From Vulcanimicrobiota bacterium (GTDB taxonomy: Bacteria > Vulcanimicrobiota > Vulcanimicrobiia > Vulcanimicrobiales > Vulcanimicrobiaceae), in the NCBI GenBank assembly GCA_963714015.1, contig OY970223.1:2560001-2624000 (forward strand): DNA of 64,000 nucleotides. Reading direction: 5' to 3'. Below are positions 49,667 to 60,051 of the stretch, one piece after another. Below the pieces are notes generated by a model. It was given only the letters and a program-made list of their open reading frames with translations, was not told the DNA's origin and ran no database searches. The translations under genes were made by a program, and so were the position numbers. Numbering within the stretch: position 1 is the first letter of the stretch; the number at the start of each line of letters is the position of its first letter.

Positions 49667-52604
49667 GCCCGGACCGCAGTTTTTGAACCACGGTGGCGAT
49701 ATCGCGGTCGATGGCGTCCATTTCCTGCGCGTACTGGTCGATCAGCGTGCGCTGGGCTAAAGTCGGAGCGCCGTCATACTGGAGGATTACGTGGCGCAGG
49801 TACGCGATCTGCTCCGAAAGACGAGCCGGCGACCGGTATCCGCTGGGATCGGCGTTGCGCAGCCGGTCGAGCAGCGCCGCGGATTGCGCCTGCTGACCGA
49901 ATTTTCGCTGGAACGACTCGAGCTGCGCTATACCCGCCTCCGCGCGTTCCTGCACCCCGGCCAAACGCTCCAAAGCGTCATATTGCTGCTGCAGCTGCGT
50001 CGCCTCGACGTGCTCTTTCGGATCGAGGTTCACGGTGACCGGCACGTTCATCCGATCGGCCCCCGCTTGGACGGAAAGCGTGTACTTTCCGGGAAGTACC
50101 GGCGGCCCGGCAATCGCCATCGGATAAAACACGTAATACGGTCGCGAATCTTGCACGGGTCCGGGGGACTGCGTGTTGAGATCCCAAGTAAAGCGATTCA
50201 TCCCCACATGAACCACGACGTCGAAAGCGTCGATTTGCGAACTACCCTCGTACACGCGCACGTGAGCGTACGATCGGCCGTTTCGCAAGGGCGGCGCTTT
50301 AGCGAGGTAGAGCGTCACGAGCGCGCCGTACGGTTTGTTTTCCGCGACGAATGCACCGCGTCCATGCTCGTGGAACGGCCAGCCCGCGTAGCGAAAGGCC
50401 GGCATGGGCGCAAACAACACGGCCCCTCGCCCTGCCGTTGCGGACCATTGCTGCAGCGGCGTGAGGTCGTCCAAGATATAGAAACCACGCCCATGCGTGC
50501 CGACGATCAAATCGTTGTCTCGCGGTTGGACCTGAAGGTCGTACACGGGCAAGTGCGGCAGCCCTAACCGCAGGTCACTCCAGTGCGCGCCGGAGTCAAA
50601 CGATACGAAGATGCCGCGTTCCGTGCCGGCGTACAGCAGATCGGGATTGCGCGGATCTTCGCGCAGCACGTGAACGTAACCGTTCAATCCGGCGGAAATC
50701 GGCTGCCATGTCGAGCCGCCGTCGGTCGTGCGAAACGCGTACGGCCGCGCGTCGTTCCATTGGTGACGATCGAACGCGGCATAGGCCACCAGAGAGCGCG
50801 AAGGCGACGCCGAGACGCACGAAACGCGCGAGGGCTGCGGTACTCCGCGAATGTTCGCGCTTACGTCCGTCCAATTTCGTCCGGCCTCGCGCGTGAGCTC
50901 GAGGTGTCCGTTATCCGTCCCGTACCACAGCGTCTTAGGATCGAGGGCATCTTCGGCTATCGACGTGATCGTGCAGAACGTCTCCGCGTTCGTGTTGTCC
51001 AGCGCGATTGGGCCTCCGCTCGGCGCCAGCCATGCCGGATCGCAGCGCGTTAGATCCGGACTGAACTGCGCCCAGCTTTGCCCTTCGTCGGGCGATCGAA
51101 AGAGCAGATTTCCACCGAAATATACGACGGACGGATCGAAATGCGAGAGCAGCAGCGGCGCGCTCCAGTTGAAACGGTACGTGAGGTCAATCGCTCCGCC
51201 GCCGAAAGGAACGATTGGTCTCGGGGAGATGTACTGCCGCGTTCCGGCACGCAGGTCGAGGCGCGCCAGATCGCCGAAATGCGTGTCTTCGTAGACGATG
51301 GAAGGATCGCGCGGATCGGCCATCGCGTATTGGCCGTCGCCCCAGTCTGCAATGTTTAACCACTCGCCGTTGCCCGCGGCATCGCTCTGGCTGAAGAGCG
51401 CGCTCGGCCCCCACCAAACCTCATGGTCCTGCAGTCCGCCCATAATATGGTACGGCTGTGCATAATCGAACCCGACGCGGTAGACTTGGTCGAATGGGAC
51501 GACGTCGTCGTTATTCCACGTGCGCCCGCCGTTCAGAGAATATTTGAAACCCATATCGCTGGCATTGAGCAGGCGCTGTGAATCGCGCGGATCGATCCAG
51601 AGATCGTGGTTGTCACCGCCGGCATCGTCGAATGGTTTGAAAGAATGGCCTGCGTCGCGCGATACTTCGACGGCGCTTCCCAGCGAATAGACTAGGCTCG
51701 GATCGCGCGGGTCGCAGCGCACCTGCGAGAAGTAGAACGGACGGAAATCGATGGACTGGCTCTTGTTACGCATTTGCCAGCGATCGCCGCCGTCGGTCGA
51801 TCGGTAAAGTAAACCGGTCCGCGAAGGAACCAGCGCGTAAATAATCCGTGGATTGCTCGCGCAGACACTCACGCCGACGCGGTCGATAGGCGCTTCCGGC
51901 AAACCGTTCTGAAGATGCGGACCGGTCAGTCGCGCCCACGTTTTGCCGAAGTCGTGCGAGCGGTAGAGCCCGCTGCCGGGACCGCCGCTTCGAAAGGTCC
52001 AAGGCTTACGCAGGTAATCGTACACTCCGGCGTAGACGACGCTGGGATTGCCAACGTCTAGTGCCAGATCGCTTCCTCCGGTCGTCGGATTGACGAAGAG
52101 CGTTCGCGTCCAATGTGCGCCGCCGTCGGTCGAACGGTAGATGCCGCGCTCATCGCCGGGCCCAAATTCGTCGCCCATGACGGCGACCAGCATTCGGCGA
52201 GGATCGCGCGGATCGAAGAGTATCTTGGCGATGCTGCCGGACTTTTCGAGGCCAAGATGCCGCCAATGCGTTCCGCCGTCATTGCTGCTCCAAAGTCCAT
52301 CGCCCGCATCTGCCGTATTGCGAGGAAACGGCTCGCCCGTTCCGATAACCACATGCTGCGGATTACGCGGATCGATCGCGATTGCGCCTACGGCACTGCT
52401 TTGGCCCGCTTCAAATGCTGAAGAAAACGTCAGGCCGCCGTCGGAGATTTTCCAAAGACCGCCGGAGGAATGACCGAGATAAACGATCTTCGGATTACCG
52501 GGAACGCCGGCGACCGCATCCAACCGGCCGCCCATCACAGCCGGACCGATCCAGCGGTAATGCAGATCTCCGAAAAGCAGTAAGACGGCGAGCAAGCTCC
52601 TCAC
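49653..52604 (-). CDS. VPS10/BNR-repeat beta-propeller protein
   Basis: Many SxDGGxxW Asp-boxes; WIGPAVMGGR; IVGTHGRG. Confidence 0.9.
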   Translation of the reverse strand: MRSLLAVLLLFGDLHYRWIGPAVMGGRLDAVAGVPGNPKIVYLGHSSGGLWKISDGGLTFSSAFEAGQSSAVGAIAIDPRNPQHVVIGTGEPFPRNTADAGDGLWSSNDGGTHWRHLGLEKSGSIAKILFDPRDPRRMLVAVMGDEFGPGDERGIYRSTDGGAHWTRTLFVNPTTGGSDLALDVGNPSVVYAGVYDYLRKPWTFRSGGPGSGLYRSHDFGKTWARLTGPHLQNGLPEAPIDRVGVSVCASNPRIIYALVPSRTGLLYRSTDGGDRWQMRNKSQSIDFRPFYFSQVRCDPRDPSLVYSLGSAVEVSRDAGHSFKPFDDAGGDNHDLWIDPRDSQRLLNASDMGFKYSLNGGRTWNNDDVVPFDQVYRVGFDYAQPYHIMGGLQDHEVWWGPSALFSQSDAAGNGEWLNIADWGDGQYAMADPRDPSIVYEDTHFGDLARLDLRAGTRQYISPRPIVPFGGGAIDLTYRFNWSAPLLLSHFDPSVVYFGGNLLFRSPDEGQSWAQFSPDLTRCDPAWLAPSGGPIALDNTNAETFCTITSIAEDALDPKTLWYGTDNGHLELTREAGRNWTDVSANIRGVPQPSRVSCVSASPSRSLVAYAAFDRHQWNDARPYAFRTTDGGSTWQPISAGLNGYVHVLREDPRNPDLLYAGTERGIFVSFDSGAHWSDLRLGLPHLPVYDLQVQPRDNDLIVGTHGRGFYILDDLTPLQQWSATAGRGAVLFAPMPAFRYAGWPFHEHGRGAFVAENKPYGALVTLYLAKAPPLRNGRSYAHVRVYEGSSQIDAFDVVVHVGMNRFTWDLNTQSPGPVQDSRPYYVFYPMAIAGPPVLPGKYTLSVQAGADRMNVPVTVNLDPKEHVEATQLQQQYDALERLAGVQERAEAGIAQLESFQRKFGQQAQSAALLDRLRNADPSGYRSPARLSEQIAYLRHVILQYDGAPTLAQRTLIDQYAQEMDAIDRDIATVVQKLRSGHARF

Positions 52605-52951
52605 GGAGCCTGCAGTTCGTCCTCCGTGAGCTCGATCCAGCGTTCGGCCCAGCGGCCGATTTCGTTGAGCGCGGGGCCGAGTTCCATGCCGCATTCCGTG
52701 AGCTCGTAGACAACGCGTACCGGAGACTCCGGATATACGTGGCGCCGGACGACTTTGGCGCGCTCCAGTTCGCGCAGCCGCTCAGTCAATAAGCGGTCGG
52801 AGATTCCGGGGATGGCGGCGAGCAATTCGTTGAAGCGCCGCGGACCGCCCATGAGGGTGCGAACCACCGCTCCGGTCCAGCGGCGGCCGATAAGTTCAAC
52901 GGCCCGGTGATACCGCGGACAGAGATCGCCGCTCGTTGCAGCCGTTTGCAT
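52601..52951 (-). CDS. HxlR family transcriptional regulator
   Basis: CP...ELIGRRWT, RRFNEL..IPGISDRLLTERLRELE, VVYELT. Confidence 0.92.
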   Translation of the reverse strand: MQTAATSGDLCPRYHRAVELIGRRWTGAVVRTLMGGPRRFNELLAAIPGISDRLLTERLRELERAKVVRRHVYPESPVRVVYELTECGMELGPALNEIGRWAERWIELTEDELQAP

Positions 52952-53021
52952 ATCTATAGGCTATCATAAGTAAGTTTCTACGGACAAGGGTCGCCCCGCC
53001 GGGGATGCGTAGGAAAGGCCG

Positions 53022-54728
53022 ATGCTAGCACCTTCCCGCACGCTGCCGGCCGGCCACTTCTCCGACATTACCGCCGAACCGCCCGACCTTTACGCGCTGC
53101 GCGAGCAGTACGACCGAATCGAACGCGACCTGGACGCCGCACCGGATCCTCAGAGTGCGCTCGCAATCTTTACGCGCTGGGACGGATTGCGCAGGTCTTT
53201 CGCTACGTGGTCCGCCCTGGCGGACCTGCAATTCCGGCGCGACACGACGAACGCCGACTTCAAACGCGCCGTCGAGACGTTGAACGAACTTCGCCCGAAA
53301 GTCACCGGCTTGGACGTGACGCTCAAGCGCAAATTCTTGGCCAGCCCCATGCGTGCCGAACTCGAGCGCGAGCTCGGAGCCTATCTGTTCGAGCGCTGGG
53401 AAATGGACGTAACGGCGTACGACCCCGCGATCGAACCGCTCGTCGTGCAAGAGTCAAAACTCGAAGACGAGTACACGGCACTCCTTGCGCGGGCGTCGAT
53501 CGAGTTGCACGGAACGAAGTATAACCTCTCCGAGATCGGCAGGTTCGCAGAGGATCCCAATCGTGAAGTCCGGCGCACCGCCGAATTCGCCAGATGGGGA
53601 TTCTTTACGCAGAACCGCGAGACTCTCGACCGCATTTACGGCGACCTCGTGAAAGTGCGCACCAGCATGGCGCGCGATCTCGAACTGAACAACTTTACGG
53701 AGCTGGCGTACCGCCGCCTCACGAGAACTGATTACGGACCCGCCCAAGTCGCTCGCTGGCGGGAAGAGATTCTGCGCGAAATCGTTCCGCTCGCGCGCCG
53801 GATCGTCGAGGCGCAGGCGCGAGATCTCGGAGTCGACCGGGTCATGCTTTGGGACGAACGAGTCTTCAGCGGACAAGGATCGCCTAAACCGCCTCAGCGG
53901 TACGATGCAATGCTGGATGCCGCGCGCAGCGCATTCGACGGCCTGGGAAGCGAGATCGGCGCCTTTGCCCGCATGATGATCGATCGTGAACTATTGGACT
54001 TGCATGCGCGTGACGGCAAAGCCGGCGGCGGATTCTGCACCTCATTTCCGACGTACGGGCTGCCTTACGTCTTCGCAAACTTCAACGGAACGACGGACGA
54101 CGTGAACGTGCTGGTGCACGAGCTGGGCCATGCGTTTCAAAATTATTCGAGCCGCAACATCGCCGTTTCGGACTACATTTGGCCGACGTATGAGGCGTGC
54201 GAGGTGCACTCGATGTCGCTGGAGTTCTTTGCCTGGCCGCAACTGGAATGCTTCTTCGGCGGCGGCGCGCAGCAATCGCGCATCGAGCACCTCAAGTCCC
54301 GGCTGCTGAGTTTGCCGTACGCCGCGGCCGTCGACCACTTTCAGCATTGGGTCTACGAGCATTCCGACGCATCGCCCGAAGACCGGCGAGGCTTCTGGAA
54401 ACAGCTCGAATCAACGTACTTGCCCTGGCGCCGCTACGACGGAATCGAACATCTGGAGGGAGGCGGCTACTGGCAGACCCAGCGCCATATCTACTTCGCG
54501 CCGTTCTACTACATCGACTACACGCTGGCACTCTGCTGCGCGCTTCAATTCTGGGTGCGATCCCTGGACGATTACGACGGCGCGCTCGCGGCCTACACGG
54601 CGCTTTGCAAGCGCGGCGGCCAACTGCCGTTTCAGGCGCTCGTGCGATCCGCAGGCCTGCGCTCGCCTTTCGAAAGCGGCGTCTTGCACGACGTCGCCCA
54701 GCGCGCCGCGCAGATGATCGGAATTTGA
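53022..54728 (+). CDS. M3 family oligoendopeptidase
   Basis: GKAGGGFCT, HELGH, EVHSMSLE, PFYYIDY. Confidence 0.93.
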   Translation: MLAPSRTLPAGHFSDITAEPPDLYALREQYDRIERDLDAAPDPQSALAIFTRWDGLRRSFATWSALADLQFRRDTTNADFKRAVETLNELRPKVTGLDVTLKRKFLASPMRAELERELGAYLFERWEMDVTAYDPAIEPLVVQESKLEDEYTALLARASIELHGTKYNLSEIGRFAEDPNREVRRTAEFARWGFFTQNRETLDRIYGDLVKVRTSMARDLELNNFTELAYRRLTRTDYGPAQVARWREEILREIVPLARRIVEAQARDLGVDRVMLWDERVFSGQGSPKPPQRYDAMLDAARSAFDGLGSEIGAFARMMIDRELLDLHARDGKAGGGFCTSFPTYGLPYVFANFNGTTDDVNVLVHELGHAFQNYSSRNIAVSDYIWPTYEACEVHSMSLEFFAWPQLECFFGGGAQQSRIEHLKSRLLSLPYAAAVDHFQHWVYEHSDASPEDRRGFWKQLESTYLPWRRYDGIEHLEGGGYWQTQRHIYFAPFYYIDYTLALCCALQFWVRSLDDYDGALAAYTALCKRGGQLPFQALVRSAGLRSPFESGVLHDVAQRAAQMIGI

Positions 54729-54730
54729 AA

Positions 54731-55576
54731 ATGGAAACGATCGCGTTCTACGGAGCGGGAATGCTCGGCTCCGGTTTCGTTCAAGCGTTGCGCAAGCGCG
54801 CGGTACCGGTGCGCGTTTGGAACCGCACGTTCGAGAAGGCTGAAGCGCTCGAAGCGTTCGGCGCCGTCGCATTCAAATCTCCGGCGGAAGCCGCTCGCGG
54901 AGCGGCTCGCGTGCACATCTGCCTCCGTGACGATGCTTCCGTGGACGAGGTCTTGGCTGCGGCCGCTCCCGGCATCGCCAAAGGAACCGCGGTCGTCGAT
55001 CATACGACGGTTCTGCCGAGCGGCGTTGCGGCGCGCGAGCAGCGCTGCGCCGCGAACGGCTTGGAATTCCTGCACGCGCCGGTGTTTATGGGTCCCCCGA
55101 ACGCCGCAGCGGCAACCGGTTTGATGCTGGCCTCCGGAGCGCGGAAGCGATTCGAGCAGCTGCGTCACGCGTTGGAACCGATGACCGGCAAAGTCTGGTA
55201 TTTGGGCGAGCCGGTCGACAAAGCGGCGACGTTCAAACTGATGGGCAACGCCATGATCCTCGCCGTCGTCGGTGGACTGAACGACGTATTCACGATAGCG
55301 CAAGCCAACGGTCTGAGCCGTCTCGAAGCCTTCGAACTCTTCGGCAACTACGATCCGTGCGCGCAGATTCAAGGACGCGGAAAACGCATGGCCCGCGAGG
55401 ACTACGAACCGACCTGGACGCTCGACATGGCGCATAAAGACGCGGAATTGATGCTCGAGAGCTCGGGCGGAGCTTCGTTGCCGGTCATTGCCGCGGTTGA
55501 AGCGGCGATGCGTGGACTGATCGATCACCGGCGCGAGCTGGCGGCTAAGGACTTGGCTGCGTTGTCGGCGCGGTAA
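54731..55576 (+). CDS. NAD(P)-dependent oxidoreductase, 3-hydroxyisobutyrate dehydrogenase family
   Basis: GAGMLG, WNRT, APVFMGP, FKLMGN. Confidence 0.88.
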   Translation: METIAFYGAGMLGSGFVQALRKRAVPVRVWNRTFEKAEALEAFGAVAFKSPAEAARGAARVHICLRDDASVDEVLAAAAPGIAKGTAVVDHTTVLPSGVAAREQRCAANGLEFLHAPVFMGPPNAAAATGLMLASGARKRFEQLRHALEPMTGKVWYLGEPVDKAATFKLMGNAMILAVVGGLNDVFTIAQANGLSRLEAFELFGNYDPCAQIQGRGKRMAREDYEPTWTLDMAHKDAELMLESSGGASLPVIAAVEAAMRGLIDHRRELAAKDLAALSAR

Positions 55577-56012
55577 ACGGAAGCGGAGTCCGGCGCGGCG
55601 CCGGCGATCCGCTGAAGATCGGGCGTGGAGTGGGCTGCGGAGCCGGCGTAAAGACCGGAGTGGGCGCCACTTCGGGAACGGCCGGATTGAACGGCGTCGG
55701 CATCGCAAGCATGACGTGCGGCGTGCGGATCGCTATGCGCCGCAGCCGCGCATCGTACACGACGCTTACCCCAATCGTGCGCAAGAGCGGAGCAATTGCC
55801 ACGTATTCTGCCGCGGGGGCTTGGGCGAAGAGATCGCCGCGCCGCACGATGACGGTCTTGCCATCGTACTCGACGCCGGCTGCCGCGTCGATCACGAACG
55901 GATCGACCGGTGCCATGACGCGGCCGCGGACGATACAGGCTCGCTGGTAGGAATGAATGGGAACGCCATCGAGCATGACGGCGACGGTCGCACAAGCAAG
56001 TGGGAAAATCAC
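55545..56012 (-). CDS. Hypothetical exported protein (copper amine oxidase N-terminal-like) with Pro-rich tail
   Basis: GRVMAPV, YVAIAPLLRTIGVSVVYD. Confidence 0.55.
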   Translation of the reverse strand: MIFPLACATVAVMLDGVPIHSYQRACIVRGRVMAPVDPFVIDAAAGVEYDGKTVIVRRGDLFAQAPAAEYVAIAPLLRTIGVSVVYDARLRRIAIRTPHVMLAMPTPFNPAVPEVAPTPVFTPAPQPTPRPIFSGSPAPRRTPLPFTAPTTQPSP

Positions 56013-56039
56013 CGGTCCGCCGCGATAGTACAGACAGCG

Positions 56040-56912
56040 ATGCGGCTCATTTTAGCGTTCCGGGAAGCGGGCATGCGGTTCTCCCGCGACGGATGCGCAT
56101 TCTTGTCACAGGCCATCGCATTCAACGCGCTATTTGCAATCTTCCCGCTGCTTGTCCTCATCGTAACGGTAGGCTCGCTGATCTTCCCCGATGCCGACCA
56201 GCAAATCCTCAAGTTCGTCGACACGTTCGCGCCCGCGCTGCATCAAACGGTTGCTGCGAATCTACAGACGTACAAATACGGACGCGGCGTCTCGAGCTTC
56301 ATCGCTTTCGTCGTGGTGGTTTGGGCGGCAAAGAACCTCTTCATGGGACTGGCTTACGCCCTCAATCGGGCGCTGGCCGTTCCGCGCAGCCGCCCGCTGC
56401 TGCACGACCTTCTCCTCTCGATCGTGACGCTGCCCATCATCGGCGTCGTCATGATCTTCGCGATCGGGTTGCCCGTCGTCGTCTCGGTGATTTTCACTTA
56501 TGCGCATCTGAACGATCCGCAGAATCTTTCGAAGATTCTGGCCTATGCTATCTCCATGACCATGGTGTTCATCGTCGTCGTTTTTCTCTATACGTTTCTG
56601 CCGAACCGTCCGGTCAAGTGGCAGTTCGCGGTCCCCGGCGCTACGTTCGTTGCGATCGCGTGGCCCGTGGTACAGTTCGCCTTTGCCTTCTATACCGTTC
56701 ACGTCGATTTCACGCGCGTTTACGGCGCGCTTTCCGCGCCGTTGGTTTTGCTGCTGTGGTTTTATTTGATCGGCGTCATCTTCTTCTTCGGAGCCGAGCT
56801 TAGTGCGGGCTGGGCGCACCACAAAGGCACGGAAAGCGTTTCGCCGCTCGTCGACGCGATCAATCCGGGAGAGAAAACCGAGGCGAAGGCCGAAAGCGCG
56901 GCTCAAACGTGA
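56040..56912 (+). CDS. YihY/BrkB family membrane protein
   Basis: AIAFNALFAIFP, LYTFLPN, YGALSA..LLLWFY..FFFGAEL. Confidence 0.9.
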   Translation: MRLILAFREAGMRFSRDGCAFLSQAIAFNALFAIFPLLVLIVTVGSLIFPDADQQILKFVDTFAPALHQTVAANLQTYKYGRGVSSFIAFVVVVWAAKNLFMGLAYALNRALAVPRSRPLLHDLLLSIVTLPIIGVVMIFAIGLPVVVSVIFTYAHLNDPQNLSKILAYAISMTMVFIVVVFLYTFLPNRPVKWQFAVPGATFVAIAWPVVQFAFAFYTVHVDFTRVYGALSAPLVLLLWFYLIGVIFFFGAELSAGWAHHKGTESVSPLVDAINPGEKTEAKAESAAQT

Positions 56913-57592
56913 CCATCGTCTTCGTTCACGGTGCAGGATTCGACGGGAGTGTGTTCGAGCAGATCTCCGCTTCGTTTCCCGGATCGCTTGCGCCCGATCT
57001 TCCTGGGCACCTGAAACCCGGCTCGCCGTCGACTATCGCCGAGTTTGCAGAATTTCTCGAAACATACGTCCGCGACAACGTTACGGACGACGCCGTCCTC
57101 TGCGGGCATTCCATGGGCGGCGCCGTCGTCATCGAAACGCTGCTGCGCGGTACTACTGCAGCCCGTGCCGCGGTGCTGCTCGGTTCCGGCGCGCGGCTCC
57201 GCGTGGCGCCTGCGGTACTGGAGCAACTCGAGGCGAATTATCCGGCCGCCGTGCAATCGCTCGTGCGGCACTTCTTTGCCGAGCCGCTGCAAAGCCGCTT
57301 GGATTGGGCCGCCGGATGCATGGAACGAATCGGACAAGCGCAGACGCTGCGGGACTTCCGCGCTTGCGATACATTCGAGGCGCTCGACCGCCTTGCCGGA
57401 ATCACCGTTCCGCTGCTGGCGCTTACCGGGGAAGCGGACCAAATGACGCCCCCCAAATACGCGCAGGCCCTTGCGGGCCGGGTTCCGCAGGGAGAAGCCC
57501 GAATAGTCCCCGGCGCCGGCCACTTCGTGATGGTCGAGCGCCCTGGCGAAACAACGCAAGCCGTCCGCGCGTTTCTGTCGGGAATCCCATAG
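56909..57592 (+). CDS. Alpha/beta hydrolase
   Basis: FVHGAG, DLPGH, GHSMGG, GEAD, AGH. Confidence 0.92.
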   Translation: MTIVFVHGAGFDGSVFEQISASFPGSLAPDLPGHLKPGSPSTIAEFAEFLETYVRDNVTDDAVLCGHSMGGAVVIETLLRGTTAARAAVLLGSGARLRVAPAVLEQLEANYPAAVQSLVRHFFAEPLQSRLDWAAGCMERIGQAQTLRDFRACDTFEALDRLAGITVPLLALTGEADQMTPPKYAQALAGRVPQGEARIVPGAGHFVMVERPGETTQAVRAFLSGIP

Positions 57593-57615
57593 TCGCGAAC
57601 TCGAAAGGACAACCG

Positions 57616-58630
57616 TTGCGCCGTCTCCCTGCCCTCCTTCTCTTCTGCTCGGCCGTTGTGTTGATCGGCGTCGCGCCGCCCAAGCGCACTCCTACGCCCG
57701 CGCCGACGCCGTCGGCGCCCGCTGCTGCGGCCTCGCGTGCGCCGATTCCGATGGTAGTGGTCTTTCCGTTTCAAACCAGCAGCGATCTGAAGATCCGACA
57801 CAGGGGAGAAGGCAGCCGAACTCTTCGTCCAGCAGATGAATGCCGCCGGCGGCGTAGACGCAATTTTGGCGCCGGCCACGATCCAACGCACCGACTTCCT
57901 TTCGTACACCCGAAAGTTGCAGGCGGATTACTACCTGATGGGCTACATGACCCCGCTCGGCGGCGGCGTTTCTCTCGTCGAACAAATCGTTTCAACTGAA
58001 AGCGGAACGATCGCCTACGGATCGACGGCGCAGATCGATTCATTCGAAGACGCGAGCTCTCAAGCGCTGCAGATGCACAGCGCAGTTCTGGCCATGGAGG
58101 AGAGCGACGCCGAGCGTTACGCTCAAGCGCAGGGCGAGTCCACCTCGACTCCCGGCCCGACGTCACAGACGAACGTCAGCAAAGGCCTTTCGGATATCGC
58201 CGGTCTCTTCAAGCGTCGCACCGCCACGCCGAAACCGGCGCTGATCAAAAAACCGGACAAGGGCGTATTCGTCGTTCGCGCAACGGGCTCGATTCCGGCA
58301 AATAATTTGAACGAAGCGACGCGCGCGCTCTACAGCGGACTAAGCGCACACTTCAATACGCACATGACCAGCGTCGTCCCCCATAATTTGGCGCAGCAAG
58401 CCGACGGCATCTGCGGAGCCAGCCGCGACAACACTATCGCCACCGGCTCACTTGCCGCGACGACGTCCCACCATGGTTTGGGCGAGCGCACGCAGTGGTC
58501 GTTCACGCTGGACATCTACACGTGCTTCGGCGCCAAACTTGCCGAAAGCCCCGGCGAGGGTGATTCGCTCGACGCCGCCGTCAAACAGGCCGTCGATGCT
58601 TACGCAGCATCGCATCCTCAGAACAGCTAG
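57616..58630 (+). CDS. Hypothetical exported protein; frameshift near 57795
   Basis: Signal peptide and Pro-rich linker (VVVFPF) in one frame, continuing in the 57836 frame. Confidence 0.65.
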
Positions 58631-58644
58631 AATGCCGGTCGTCA

Positions 58645-59163
58645 TTACAGACTTTCGGAGTCGTCCAAAAGTCCTAAAGGCAAGTCGGCGATGATCCGCT
58701 TGGACGCGACGTCGACGGATTTGATGAATTCGCCGATCAACGGGACGAGTTTGCCGTTTACGACCAGCATATCCGAACTGGGATAGTGCTCGACCGCAGT
58801 CACGGTTCCTAACAGCTTGGCGGCGTGGTCGTAGACCCTGCAACCGGTCAGATCGCGATCGAGATACTCGCCCGGTTCCAAGACGATGCGATCGCGGTTC
58901 GCATAAAACATCGCTCCGGCATAGCCTTCCGCCGCGTCCGCCGTGTCGACGCCGGGCAGCCGAATGAGCAGGCGGTTCTTGTGTTCCCGAACGGCAGAAA
59001 TTTCAACGTTCCGCGAGGTGCCGTCGGGCAATTGCATGCGCAGCGTTTCGCCGGCAGAAAAAAGAGTGCGACCCGCGCTCGTCGGGTCGCACTTGAGTTC
59101 ACCACGGACGCCGAAGATCCCGGCGATGCGTCCTACCGGCAGCTCATCACTCGAGCTCGCCAT
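58645..59163 (-). CDS. rimM: Ribosome maturation factor RimM
   Basis: VGRIAGIFGVRGELK, EPGEY...DLTGC, LVPLI; position after rpsP-KH. Confidence 0.92.
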   Translation of the reverse strand: MASSSDELPVGRIAGIFGVRGELKCDPTSAGRTLFSAGETLRMQLPDGTSRNVEISAVREHKNRLLIRLPGVDTADAAEGYAGAMFYANRDRIVLEPGEYLDRDLTGCRVYDHAAKLLGTVTAVEHYPSSDMLVVNGKLVPLIGEFIKSVDVASKRIIADLPLGLLDDSESL

Positions 59164-59692
59164 CATCCTCGCCGGTCGACGCGTCGTCTTCTTCGAACGC
59201 CTCCTCGGAGTCGAGAATCTCCACCGAAACCTTGCCTTCGGCGGTCGCGCGAACGATCGTACGCAGCGCTTGCGCGACGCGTCCGTTGCGGCCGATGACC
59301 TTGCCGAGATCCTCGCCATCTACGATCAGCTCGATCTGCGCTTGATATCCGTCCTCGGGCGGAAAATCGTCGACCGCAACTGCATCGGGCTTAGCGACTA
59401 GTTTTTTTGCCAGAAATGCGAGCAGCTCGCCCGCGCGCTTACGCGCGGCCTCCGGATCTGCAGGCTCGCGATGTTTTTCGAAGCGCTTGCCTTTGGCAAA
59501 TCCGCCCCGCGACCGCGGCGTCTGCGGCCGATCGCCGCCCGTGGCCCGGCGCCGGGGCGCCTCGTCTTCAGGCTCGATGTCGTCGATGATCGTTTCGTTG
59601 GTCGCGATCTTGCGCGCACCCAACGTCGAGCGGCGCTCGGACTCTTCGCCTTCTTCGCCGAAGAGACCGAATTCGTCATCGAACGCGCTCAT
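59147..59692 (-). CDS. KH domain RNA-binding protein (KhpA-like) with N-terminal extension
   Basis: [21 protein letters not shown]; lies between rpsP and rimM. Confidence 0.88.
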   Translation of the reverse strand: MSAFDDEFGLFGEEGEESERRSTLGARKIATNETIIDDIEPEDEAPRRRATGGDRPQTPRSRGGFAKGKRFEKHREPADPEAARKRAGELLAFLAKKLVAKPDAVAVDDFPPEDGYQAQIELIVDGEDLGKVIGRNGRVAQALRTIVRATAEGKVSVEILDSEEAFEEDDASTGEDDGELE

Positions 59693-59985
59693 TGCCCGGC
59701 CGCTTCCGACTTCGGTTTGCGTTTCGTCTCGGGAATCGGCCCGCGCTCGACGAGGCCTTTCTCGGCAAACAACCGGCGGACGGTATCCGATGGCTGCGCG
59801 CCTTTGGCAAGCCACTCACGCGCCTTCTCTTCATTCACTACGACTTCGCGCGGTTCGGAACGCGGATTGTAGTGTCCGAGGATCTCGATGAACCGGCCGT
59901 CGCGCGGCGAGCGGGCGTCGGCGACCACAAAACGATACGTCGGTTGTTTCTTCGCGCCCATGCGCCTAAGTCTGATTTTAACCAT
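59689..59985 (-). CDS. rpsP: 30S ribosomal protein S16
   Basis: [30 protein letters not shown]. Confidence 0.98.
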   Translation of the reverse strand: MVKIRLRRMGAKKQPTYRFVVADARSPRDGRFIEILGHYNPRSEPREVVVNEEKAREWLAKGAQPSDTVRRLFAEKGLVERGPIPETKRKPKSEAAGQ

Positions 59986-60051
59986 TAGCCTTTATCCATT
60001 GAACGTTTTCGCGTAAAGCACGCGAGGGCTTGAGAGCAAACTTTAGGACGT

